A stretch of DNA of 64,000 nt. Source: a virus. This document shows positions 9,008 through 17,473 of this stretch, piece by piece. The DNA lies in IMG/VR virus record IMGVR_UViG_3300025133_000038, positions 55,351 through 119,350 of that record; one strand, given 5' to 3'. The notes under the pieces are model-generated. The model ran no database searches. It was not told the DNA's origin and worked only from the letters and a program-made list of their open reading frames with translations. Each line of letters starts with the position of its first letter. Position 1 is the stretch's first letter. The translations under genes and the position numbers were made by a program.

Positions 9008-9453
9008 ACCACAAATGGAAGAAGAGATTTATAGAACTAGCCAAGCATGTGTCTGAATGGTCACAAGACCCATCTACCCAAGTTGGTTCAGTAATAGTAA
9101 GACCTAATAAAAGCATCGCTTCCTTAGGGTTCAATGGGTTTCCACAAGGCGTAGAGGACACAAAAGAAAGATACTTAGATAGAGAAATGAAGTTAAAGTT
9201 GATGGTTCATGCAGAGCAAAACGCAATTCTTTTTGCTAATGAATCATTGATAGGGTACACAATATTTACCTACCCTCTTTTTCCCTGCTCTATATGTGCG
9301 GGTTTTATTATACAGAGTGGTATAACCAGGGTTATTTCTCCAAGTTCAACCTATGGGAAGTATAGGATGCCTAATACTAGGTGGGATGAGTCTAATAAGC
9401 TGGCTAAGTCTATGTTTGACGAGTGCGGCGTGTCCTATGAGGAATTAATTTAA
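9001..9453 (+). CDS. dCMP deaminase
   Basis: SQDPSTQVG, GFNGFP, VHAEQNAI, PCSIC Zn motifs. Confidence 0.93.
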   Translation: MVDHKWKKRFIELAKHVSEWSQDPSTQVGSVIVRPNKSIASLGFNGFPQGVEDTKERYLDREMKLKLMVHAEQNAILFANESLIGYTIFTYPLFPCSICAGFIIQSGITRVISPSSTYGKYRMPNTRWDESNKLAKSMFDECGVSYEELI

Positions 9454-9492
9454 AAAAACAAAGTGACCACCACTTTACTTATGTAGTAAGGC

Positions 9493-9502
9493 GGTGTATA
9501 AT
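9493..9502 (+). promoter_or_regulatory. class-2 promoter GGTGTATAAT
   Basis: Exact motif in an intergenic region, overlapped by an upstream imperfect hairpin. Confidence 0.65.
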
Positions 9503-9507
9503 AAGAT

Positions 9508-9696
9508 TAGAGTTGGAGCATAAAGAGCAGAGATTCACTTCTCACGTTAAAGCGACACCACTCCAACCTTACTATGACCGATGAGTGCAACAGACTATTA
9601 AAGATGTTTTACTAACCAAGATTGCGCAGCAGGTTATCTCAACAGTGTCGCTTCAAAATTTACAGACCTGTCACAGTAATGTGGCGGGTCTTTTTT
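9508..9696 (+). ncRNA. candidate ~190-nt structured RNA (sRNA or attenuator/riboswitch-like leader)
   Basis: Bounded by promoter and terminator; GTTGGAG(9512-18)/CTCCAAC(9561-67) and AAGCGACAC(9550-58)/GTGTCGCTT(9645-53) pairings cross each other. Confidence 0.5.
9664..9696 (+). terminator. Rho-independent terminator with GNRA loop
   Basis: AGACCTGTCACA-GTAA-TGTGGCGGGTCT-TTTTT. Confidence 0.85.
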
Positions 9697-9716
9697 ACGT
9701 CTGGAAAGGAAATATT

Positions 9717-10052
9717 ATGGAACTAAATAACCAGAACGAAGATGAGCTAAAGAAACTCAATGACAGACCCCCAATCGAACTGTCTTTCTATCCTAAGAAC
9801 TCCCAAGGAGAAATTATGGGTGAGAGAAAAGTAGTAAGGGGTGATGGATTTAAGGTGTGGCGAACCTGGACAAATAATAATGGCCCAGGTCGCTCTAACA
9901 AGAAACGAAAGCCCAACTTCAAAAAGAAGCAAGGAAATCAACGCTATAAGGAAGTCTTGCCAAAAGGTAAAGAGGCAGACAATCTAGCAAAGGAAGTGGC
10001 TAAATATGCGGAGAAGAAGCAAGAGGCAAGAGATAATAATGACAACTCATAA
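9717..10052 (+). CDS. basic hypothetical protein
   Basis: ATG 9717 with AAGGA SD; the track's 9585 start would run through the terminator. Confidence 0.65.
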   Translation: MELNNQNEDELKKLNDRPPIELSFYPKNSQGEIMGERKVVRGDGFKVWRTWTNNNGPGRSNKKRKPNFKKKQGNQRYKEVLPKGKEADNLAKEVAKYAEKKQEARDNNDNS

Positions 10053-12489
10053 GTATGAGAATGCTGTAGCCGAATCGGAAAAGTACTTTGGGAATAGTTT
10101 GTCGGCCAAGGCTTGTACAGACAAGTACTTATTGAGAAACAATGAAAATAAACTATTGGAGAAGACCCCTGTAGATATGCATACGCGTATCGCTAAAGAG
10201 GTCGCAAGGATTGAGAAGAAGAAATTTAAAAATCCCCTTACCGAACAACAAATCTTTGATTACCTAGATGGTTTTGGAAAGATTATTCCGCAAGGGAGTC
10301 CAATGCATGGTATTGGCAATAAAGAACAATTCGTCAGCCTAAGTAACTGTTTTGTCCTACATAAACCTTTGGATTCCTATGGTGGAATCATGTTGGTTGA
10401 CGAACAAATAGTGCAGATTTCCAAACGCCGAGGTGGTGTTGGTATCTCGCTTGATAACCTACGACCCACAGGTTCCCCAACCCATAACTCTTCTCGTACA
10501 AGTACGGGGATGCGGTCATGGATGGAACGCTACTCTAGTTCAATTAGAGAAGTTGGTCAGGCAGGTAGAAGGGGCGCGTTAATACTTACCTTAAACGTAC
10601 ATCACCCCGACATACTAACCTTTATTACAGCAAAGAATGATGGCACTAGTGTTACTGGGGCTAATATCAGCGTTCAGTATACTGATGAGTTCTTAGAGGC
10701 TGTCTATAATGATGAAGAGTATGAGCAAAGATGGCCCATTGATTCTAAAGACCCAGAAGTTTCCGTTAAGGTTAAGGCTAGAGATATATGGGAAGCCGCT
10801 GTTCATAATGCGTGGGATAGGGCTGAGCCAGGATTACTGTTCTGGGACAATGTCCTAAAGGAGAGTCCCGCAGACTGTTACGAAGACTTCAAGACTATCT
10901 GTACTAACCCCTGTGCTGAGATTCCCCTCTCTGTATTAGACTCATGCCGCCTATTGGTTATGAACCTATTCCAGTATGTTGAGAATCACTTCACAGACAA
11001 AGCTAAGTTTGACTTCAAACGATTCCGTGAAGATACTATGGTAGCACAGCGAATTATGGACGATATTATTGACCTCGAATTAGAGGCTGTTAATCGTATC
11101 ATTCGTAAGATTAAGGCTGACCCTGAACCTATGTATGCTAAGAAGGCAGAGCTTGATACGTGGAATGAGATTAAGAAAGCCTGTGTAAATGGGCGACGTA
11201 CCGGAACTGGTATCACGGCACTTGGTGATACGCTAGCTGCTATGGGTATCAAGTATGGTACTGAGGAATCTATCAGTATGACTGAGATGATTTATCGTGA
11301 ACTTAAACTTGCGGTCTATCGTAGCTCAGTTGATATGGCTAAAGAGATTGGACCTTTCAAGTCTTGGGACCACAATAAAGAGAAGAAGAATCCTTTCTTA
11401 TTGCGCATCAAGAAGGAAGACCCTGAGCTATGGAAGGATATGAAGAAGTACGGCAGGCGTAACATAGCATGTCTTACTACTGCACCAACTGGTACTACCA
11501 GCATGATGGCTATGCTACGTGTCTTGGTTGGAGAGGAATGTTTTAAGGAACACGGTACTACAACAGGTATTGAACCCTTGTTCCAACTCTCATTCATCCG
11601 TCGTAAGAAGGGTAACCCTGGCGACGACGGTTTCCGTAGTGATTTTGTGGACGAGTCCGGTGACCACTGGATGGAGTTTGAGGTCTTCCACCCTGGCGTG
11701 GAACTATGGAAGAAGGTAACTGGTGAGACTGATGTGACCAAGTCCCCATACTATGGAGCTTGTTCACCGGATATTGATTGGACTAACAGAGTAAGATTGC
11801 AGGCTGCTGCCCAGCGACACGTAGACCACTCTATCTCTAGCACTGTAAACCTCCCTGAGGATGTGTCGGAAGAGACAGTGGGTGAAATCTACTTGGAAGC
11901 ATGGAAGTCTGGCTGTAAGGGCATGACGGTATACCGTCAAGGTTGTCGAACTGGAGTCCTGTTGGAAAAGAAGGTGGGTATTCCTAAAACGAATGCTCCT
12001 CCTCGACCAAAAGAGTTAGACTGTGATGTCTATCATATCTCTGTCAAGGGTCAACCATACTTTGTTATAGTTGGTCTATATGAGGGAGACCCCTACGAAG
12101 TTTTCGCAGGAAAGAATGGCGTTATTGGTAAGAAGATTAAGACAGGCAAAGTTGTTAAGAAGGGGCGTAAGCAATACAAAGCTATCTTTGATGATGATAG
12201 TGAGCTATCTCCTCTAAGTGCTTTCTCTTCTGACGAAGAAGAAGTGGTGACAAGAATGTGTTCTACTGCCTTACGTCATGGTACTGATATTAGTTTCCTG
12301 GTCCATCAACTAGAGAAGTCTAATGGTAGCTTGGACTCATTCTCCAAGAGTATTGCGAGAGCCCTAAAGAAATATATCGGTGATGGGACCGAGGTAAAAG
12401 GCGAAGAGTGTGAACAGTGTTCTGGAAAGCTAATCAGACAAGAAGGCTGTATGACTTGCCCCGGCTGTGGCTGGGCAAAATGTACGTAA
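10039..12489 (+). CDS. nrdJ: ribonucleotide reductase, class II (adenosylcobalamin-dependent)
   Basis: SLSNCF, RRGGVG, GRRGA, ANISV, EPG, TNPCAE, APTGT, SISSTVNLP, KGMTVYR; C-terminal TSCPD-like domain plus CxxC...CxxC; no nrdB nearby. Confidence 0.88.
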   Translation: MTTHKYENAVAESEKYFGNSLSAKACTDKYLLRNNENKLLEKTPVDMHTRIAKEVARIEKKKFKNPLTEQQIFDYLDGFGKIIPQGSPMHGIGNKEQFVSLSNCFVLHKPLDSYGGIMLVDEQIVQISKRRGGVGISLDNLRPTGSPTHNSSRTSTGMRSWMERYSSSIREVGQAGRRGALILTLNVHHPDILTFITAKNDGTSVTGANISVQYTDEFLEAVYNDEEYEQRWPIDSKDPEVSVKVKARDIWEAAVHNAWDRAEPGLLFWDNVLKESPADCYEDFKTICTNPCAEIPLSVLDSCRLLVMNLFQYVENHFTDKAKFDFKRFREDTMVAQRIMDDIIDLELEAVNRIIRKIKADPEPMYAKKAELDTWNEIKKACVNGRRTGTGITALGDTLAAMGIKYGTEESISMTEMIYRELKLAVYRSSVDMAKEIGPFKSWDHNKEKKNPFLLRIKKEDPELWKDMKKYGRRNIACLTTAPTGTTSMMAMLRVLVGEECFKEHGTTTGIEPLFQLSFIRRKKGNPGDDGFRSDFVDESGDHWMEFEVFHPGVELWKKVTGETDVTKSPYYGACSPDIDWTNRVRLQAAAQRHVDHSISSTVNLPEDVSEETVGEIYLEAWKSGCKGMTVYRQGCRTGVLLEKKVGIPKTNAPPRPKELDCDVYHISVKGQPYFVIVGLYEGDPYEVFAGKNGVIGKKIKTGKVVKKGRKQYKAIFDDDSELSPLSAFSSDEEEVVTRMCSTALRHGTDISFLVHQLEKSNGSLDSFSKSIARALKKYIGDGTEVKGEECEQCSGKLIRQEGCMTCPGCGWAKCT

Positions 12490-12503
12490 ATTTTCTTGTT
12501 TCG

Positions 12504-12534
12504 ACCTTGACAGGGCCGAATCATCCTCTATAAT
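12504..12534 (+). promoter_or_regulatory. class-1 promoter ACCTTGACA-N16-TATAAT
   Basis: TTGACA 12507-12512, TATAAT 12529-12534. Confidence 0.85.
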
Positions 12535-12555
12535 ACTTTCTGAGGCTAGAACAAC

Positions 12556-13323
12556 ATGACGAGACGAAGACAAAAGCAACGTAGACCTAAGGATAAACAG
12601 GACAATTTGATTAAGCAAACACCTAAGCCTACATTCCGTAAGCAAAAGGTTGAAGCTAGAACTAAGAACCAGCGAACCTTTATTAAGTCCATCAAAGCTA
12701 ATAAGCTAACGGTGTGCTTGGGGCCTGCTGGTACAGGTAAGACCTATTTACCTACTGCTCTTGCTATGATAGCTTTAAGGAGTGGTGATGTTAAGCGCAT
12801 CATTATTACTAGGCCCGTAGTAGAAGCTGGAGAGAGATTAGGGTTCTTACCTGGGGATATGCAAGCTAAGCTAGACCCCTACTTTAGGTCTATTTACGAT
12901 GAGATGCTACAATTTGTGGACCAAGCGACACTAGATGCTTGGTTCCTTGATAAGACTATTGAGATTTGTCCCTTCGCATTTATGAGGGGACGCAACCTAC
13001 ATGGCTCATTCATTATTGCTGATGAGGCACAGAACGCAACGAGGAAGCAGCTAATCATGCTTGTTACTCGGTTCGGAAAGTCCTCTAAGATGATAATTAG
13101 TGGTGACCATACGCAGGTTGATTTACGACCAGAGAGTCAGAGTGGCCTTGCATGGCTGGCTGACGAAATTGTGCCCCGTATGCGTGATGACTACGGTAGT
13201 GATGCTGATATAGTCACTATGGACAATGCAGACATCGTGCGTGAAGGGCTTGTTGAGGACTTCATTAACGCAGTTGAGGAATACGATGAAGACAGAGCAT
13301 CAGAGGACACTAGTTTTAAATAG
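12556..13323 (+). CDS. phoH: PhoH-family ATPase
   Basis: GPAGTGKT, RPVVEAGERLGFLPGD, FMRGR, DEAQN, GDHTQVD. Confidence 0.95.
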   Translation: MTRRRQKQRRPKDKQDNLIKQTPKPTFRKQKVEARTKNQRTFIKSIKANKLTVCLGPAGTGKTYLPTALAMIALRSGDVKRIIITRPVVEAGERLGFLPGDMQAKLDPYFRSIYDEMLQFVDQATLDAWFLDKTIEICPFAFMRGRNLHGSFIIADEAQNATRKQLIMLVTRFGKSSKMIISGDHTQVDLRPESQSGLAWLADEIVPRMRDDYGSDADIVTMDNADIVREGLVEDFINAVEEYDEDRASEDTSFK

Positions 13324-13885
13324 TAATGGTAGCCCTATGGGTATAATCTCTTGGAAGAGAGCTGTCACCATGTCAGTTCTTAACCAACAGAAACAAGACG
13401 AAGGGCTAGTTGTTCTAACATACTTTCAAAATGACTATATCCTGGGAGCTTCTGGAAAGAAGTATGAAATCCCCGCTGTTGTCATGTGTCCAAGGTATGT
13501 CAAACGTAAGGACAAAGGTGTACCATTCTCTCGTAAGAATGTATATCTGCGTGACCAAATGACTTGTCAGTACTGTGGTAAAACAGACGGTACTGCTCGT
13601 AATCTAACTTACGACCATGTCATACCAAGGTCTACTTGGAACAAGAAGGGGTATAATGGCACTCCTACTAATTGGACAAATATCGTGGCTTGTTGTGAAC
13701 CATGCAACAAATTAAAGGCTGACCGTACTCCTAAGCAGGCAGGTATGAAGTTGCTTAAGCAACCGAAACAACCTAACTCTCAGCAGTACATACTAGGACT
13801 AAGTCCTTGGTGTAGGATTCCCGAAGAGTGGGAACCATTCATTACACCATTGTATAAGCACCTGGAGCCTGGAAACAAGCCGTAG
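13286..13885 (+). CDS. HNH endonuclease (McrA/HNH_5-like)
   Basis: TLVLN, FSRKNVYLRDQMTCQYCG, TYDHVIPRS, WTNIVACCEPCNKLKADRTP. Confidence 0.9.
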   Translation: MKTEHQRTLVLNSNGSPMGIISWKRAVTMSVLNQQKQDEGLVVLTYFQNDYILGASGKKYEIPAVVMCPRYVKRKDKGVPFSRKNVYLRDQMTCQYCGKTDGTARNLTYDHVIPRSTWNKKGYNGTPTNWTNIVACCEPCNKLKADRTPKQAGMKLLKQPKQPNSQQYILGLSPWCRIPEEWEPFITPLYKHLEPGNKP

Positions 13886-13938
13886 GGACATGGGGAGTGG
13901 CTACAAATGTGGTCACTTCCCTATTTTTTAGGAATAAA

Positions 13939-14898
13939 ATGAGATATAAACTATCCGCTACAGACAAAAGACTGATTGAAAAGACAACATCAGACTTCAG
14001 TACGAAAATCTACGGAAATAAGGCCCTAGCTCTCCGTTCTAGAGCCTCTAAGAGGCAATCCCCACTGAACCTTAATGGTAATCTATACGCCTATAAAGGC
14101 CCTTCTCAGGGGTCTCCTGCTTTCAAAGTAAACTGTTCAGGAGCGCCCAGCTCTGCCGGAAATGCCTGCTCAGGGGCTCTTCCTCTTTATATGTCTCCTA
14201 TCTCAACAGGAACGAAGTGGAATGACCGAGACTTCAACGGCTTCGCCACGGGTAATTCATATCCAGAACCCCTTCCTCTCATAACAACAGAAGAACCCAT
14301 TGTTGGAGGAACGAAATCTGTTGACGGAGCAAGGTCAAGTATAAACATATCATATTTCTATGATGGCCCTTCTACAGAAAGAGGGAAAGTCCTAGTAAAA
14401 AAGAAGACTGACGCTACTATGCAAGCAGCAAATGAGGTCTGCTGCCTGCCAGAAAGAGACGTTAAGCAATCTTATCCTCTGAAGGATGAAATTCCCATAG
14501 GGATTCTTCTTACTGATGTTGTCAGCTTAGACCTTACTAAGCAACACACTATGGGTGACCAAGTACAAACAGGTAGTAAGGTATCCCTCTTAACAAGAGG
14601 CTCCGTAGTTCTTAGGGCAGTAGGAAATCCCCAGTCGTGTGAGACTGCTTACTATAATAAGAATGGTAATGTGACCAATCAGAAGGTGTCTAGGCCAATT
14701 GGCTATTTCGCATCTGAGATAGACGACGACGGCTATATCAAAGTAGAAGTTAAAATTCCCGTAGTCTCTACAAATAAGTACCCAGGTCGTGATTACGACT
14801 CCCGAAATCGTACAGTAGATGGTATGTCTGAGAAGGAATACCTTGAGACCAACCTAGCAATACTAGACAATAGACGAATCATTTTAGACTCAATTTAA
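13939..14898 (+). CDS. protein with C-terminal capsid-decoration/cement-like domain
   Basis: PIGILLTDVVSLDLTKQH...QVQTGSKVSLLTRG...IGYFASEIDDDGYIKVEV resembles head-decoration proteins of large phages (from memory). Confidence 0.45.
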   Translation: MRYKLSATDKRLIEKTTSDFSTKIYGNKALALRSRASKRQSPLNLNGNLYAYKGPSQGSPAFKVNCSGAPSSAGNACSGALPLYMSPISTGTKWNDRDFNGFATGNSYPEPLPLITTEEPIVGGTKSVDGARSSINISYFYDGPSTERGKVLVKKKTDATMQAANEVCCLPERDVKQSYPLKDEIPIGILLTDVVSLDLTKQHTMGDQVQTGSKVSLLTRGSVVLRAVGNPQSCETAYYNKNGNVTNQKVSRPIGYFASEIDDDGYIKVEVKIPVVSTNKYPGRDYDSRNRTVDGMSEKEYLETNLAILDNRRIILDSI

Positions 14899-14905
14899 AA
14901 GAAAA

Positions 14906-14915
14906 GGTGTATAAT
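14906..14915 (+). promoter_or_regulatory. class-2 promoter GGTGTATAAT, probably leaderless
   Basis: Exact motif, 4 nt before ATG 14920. Confidence 0.65.
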
Positions 14916-14919
14916 ACAG

Positions 14920-15249
14920 ATGCCGATTTATACTTTCCTATGTGATGAAGAAGCCAACGGTTGTAACGAGCGTTTCGAGAAGAGCCTGTCGATGAAAGAG
15001 TTCGACGAGAAGGTTCCTACGAAGAAGATAACTTGCCCTAACTGTAAGAAACGCAAACCAGTTATAACCCAAATAGACATACCCCTCCATGTAACTATGG
15101 CAGGACGTACTGTTGGTGCGGTCGCTGACCGTAACTCAACCCGTCTAAGTAAAGATGAGCAACATCACTTACACAAAAAACACACAACTTATGACAACCC
15201 AGACCTTAAACTGCCTGATGGTATGACCCAAGGCAAGGATATGGTATAG
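14920..15249 (+). CDS. FmdB-family zinc-ribbon protein
   Basis: MPIYTFLC...C...FE...CPNC. Confidence 0.75.
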   Translation: MPIYTFLCDEEANGCNERFEKSLSMKEFDEKVPTKKITCPNCKKRKPVITQIDIPLHVTMAGRTVGAVADRNSTRLSKDEQHHLHKKHTTYDNPDLKLPDGMTQGKDMV

Positions 15250-15287
15250 GTTGTTACAACCTTTCCTTTCCTAGAAGAGACTTACCT

Positions 15288-15797
15288 ATGACGCAAGAAA
15301 ACCCTATTGTCCTAGAGGGAGATATACATCAACCTCGCCCAAAACTCTATTGTCCAATACACAAGAGAGAAGAACTATGCCCTGTCCCAAGAGGCAAGGC
15401 TGTTTCGGGAAGAAATTCTACAAGTATGCGTAGCGGTGGTGGTATTAAAACCAGAGACCCTAAAGTATACGATGCCCCAGATGGTTATGTTTGCATGACC
15501 ACTTCTAGTATTCCTTACAAGGGCACCCCTATCTATATTAAAGAATCAACAGCATATCCTAAATCAAAGGAACAAGAATGTCCGAAGAAAAAGAAATCAT
15601 TCCTCACCAAACTATTATGCAGTTTCAAGGAGAGGTTTTTGCAAGGCGTCCAGATGGTAAGGTCAATCCCCTTGCTCTGTGTAGGCTTGATAAAATCTTT
15701 ACCATCTTTGGCGACTCGCTTGAAGAATGTAAGGCTAAAATGGAAGCGTTCGCGGAGGCAATTAACCGAATCCCAGAAGAAACAATCCAAGAAATAA
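15288..15797 (+). CDS. hypothetical protein (3' part overlaps next ORF)
   Basis: 169-aa ORF filling the gap after the FmdB gene. Confidence 0.45.
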   Translation: MTQENPIVLEGDIHQPRPKLYCPIHKREELCPVPRGKAVSGRNSTSMRSGGGIKTRDPKVYDAPDGYVCMTTSSIPYKGTPIYIKESTAYPKSKEQECPKKKKSFLTKLLCSFKERFLQGVQMVRSIPLLCVGLIKSLPSLATRLKNVRLKWKRSRRQLTESQKKQSKK

Positions 15798-15820
15798 TGA
15801 AGGAACAAAATGACAAATAG
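15578..15820 (+). CDS. hypothetical protein
   Basis: AAGGA SD before ATG; stop overlaps start of 15810 ORF. Confidence 0.6.
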   Translation: MSEEKEIIPHQTIMQFQGEVFARRPDGKVNPLALCRLDKIFTIFGDSLEECKAKMEAFAEAINRIPEETIQEIMKEQNDK

Positions 15821-16286
15821 ACAACGCCCAGGTAAGGCAACGAACGATGATTTGTTTGCCCCTAATGGAGACAAAACCGCAGGCTTAACTGCCTACGAGA
15901 AAAAGATGGCAGCAGAAGATACTGAGGCCATATATACAATCTCTGGTAAGCAACATGACTATGATGATAATGGTCTTCCTGTCCTATATGACGTACAATA
16001 TGACGACGGGCAAATTGAATATGCTCACGACTCACTTGATGCTCACGTCAAGGTCACTACTACCAAAGGTAGAGAAGAGTATTATGCTAAGATTGGTGCT
16101 GGTGGTCAGCTCCGTAATCCTATCGGATTATATGAGGGTGCTGGTCGGAGAACAGACGAAGTAAGAATGGGCAGGGCTCAGTTCGTATGGAAGAGGGTGA
16201 GTGCAAAGTGTATTAACTTCTACCTTGAATTTCTAAAAACTAAAAACTTAAGGCATCTTAAAAATGCACAGCGAGAGGTGATTTAA
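15810..16286 (+). CDS. hypothetical protein
   Basis: AAGGA SD; coupled to next gene by TAATG. Confidence 0.75.
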   Translation: MTNRQRPGKATNDDLFAPNGDKTAGLTAYEKKMAAEDTEAIYTISGKQHDYDDNGLPVLYDVQYDDGQIEYAHDSLDAHVKVTTTKGREEYYAKIGAGGQLRNPIGLYEGAGRRTDEVRMGRAQFVWKRVSAKCINFYLEFLKTKNLRHLKNAQREVI

Positions 16287-17008
16287 TGGCTAAGAAGAAA
16301 GCTAAAGTAAAAGGGACTCTATCCCAAACAGAGAAGTATGCTATCCAGGGTATGATTCAGGACGGTAAAGAGGTCTCAGAGATTGAGGACACCCTTGGTC
16401 GAACAGGAACTGCCGTTAAGAACTACATCACTAGTGAGCTTCCCAATCTAATTGATAACATCATCGAGGCTCGCCTCCAACGTGTTGATGCAGGAGCAAA
16501 GGCTGAGGATGTCTTTCCTGAGGAGTTTGAAAGAGAGTTCACTGACGAAGACTACTACGATGTAGAAGACGAGGAGGTTGCTCGTTCTGATAGTGGGAAT
16601 AAAATAGTCTCTAGTAAAGACCTCATTAAGAAGAAGCTCGAACAAGAAAACGCTCCTATCCATGTGGATGAAGAGATTGAGAAGGAAACTATCCATAAGC
16701 TGAGAGGCGTGGGGCTTGACCAAGAGGAGGCCGAAGACTTACTTAGGAGAGCAAAGCGCAAGCTGGTAAGAACTCCTGACAATGCAGGGCAGCTTCTTTC
16801 TTTCTGCCTGAAACAACTTAATGTTGGTGACCATACAGGGTCAAAAACTATGGGTGGTAAGCCTGGAGTTGCTGTGTGGAACGGTACTGCTTCTGCTATT
16901 GCAGATGACGGTCGTAAGAGCAGGGCTTTAGACCAGAACCAAGTTAATCGTAGCACTAGAGGTCGTGGTAACAGTATGTATAACCCTAAGACTGGAGAAA
17001 CCCGCTAA
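16286..17008 (+). CDS. hypothetical protein with N-terminal HTH-like segment
   Basis: LSQTEKYAIQGMIQDGKEVSEIEDTLGRTGTAVKNYI. Confidence 0.65.
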   Translation: MAKKKAKVKGTLSQTEKYAIQGMIQDGKEVSEIEDTLGRTGTAVKNYITSELPNLIDNIIEARLQRVDAGAKAEDVFPEEFEREFTDEDYYDVEDEEVARSDSGNKIVSSKDLIKKKLEQENAPIHVDEEIEKETIHKLRGVGLDQEEAEDLLRRAKRKLVRTPDNAGQLLSFCLKQLNVGDHTGSKTMGGKPGVAVWNGTASAIADDGRKSRALDQNQVNRSTRGRGNSMYNPKTGETR

Positions 17009-17472
17009 TGGCAACTGTCTATGAGAAGACAGACAACAGATGTTACCCCTCTAAGTATTCTCCCGGTAAGTATGTAACAGGCGCACAGTATGTTATTGAA
17101 CTTATCTGCGAACGCAAGGCGGCACTCAATGGTGAGGTGCTGTCTTTGCGTTTCTGGAGGAACGAGGAGTGGGCCAAGGAATTTAGTTCACAAACTAGGA
17201 CAGTAAATTCGTTATTGAAAAAGTATTCAGTTAAAGCACTGGTTCATGTGCTTCACGACAACCCCAGAATCTACTCGTTGAGGGCGGCTTGGATTAGACC
17301 AAAGATTGACGATGCCCAGAGATTAGTTGACAAAGCAGAGAAAAGAAAAGCCGAAGCAGTTAGTCAACAAAAGCCTGTCAAGAGGGTTACAGTAGATGTA
17401 AACAGTAAGCCGCGACAGCGGGTTGTGAGAAAGAATGCTCTTTCTAAACTATACGAATTGGACGAGGTATAA
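17008..17472 (+). CDS. hypothetical protein
   Basis: TAATG-coupled 154-aa ORF directly before recA. Confidence 0.75.
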   Translation: MATVYEKTDNRCYPSKYSPGKYVTGAQYVIELICERKAALNGEVLSLRFWRNEEWAKEFSSQTRTVNSLLKKYSVKALVHVLHDNPRIYSLRAAWIRPKIDDAQRLVDKAEKRKAEAVSQQKPVKRVTVDVNSKPRQRVVRKNALSKLYELDEV

Positions 17473-17473
17473 G

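Noticed and set aside
9508-9696. tmRNA, tRNA, cobalamin riboswitch or hammerhead identity for the candidate RNA
   Set aside because: ACCA, AGACCTG and CCGATGAG fragments occur, but there is no T-arm next to an acceptor stem, no G3:U70, no B12 box/GGGAA core and no GAAA hammerhead strand
9585-9716. N-terminal extension of ORF 9585-10052
   Set aside because: It crosses a strong terminator; ATG 9717 has a good SD
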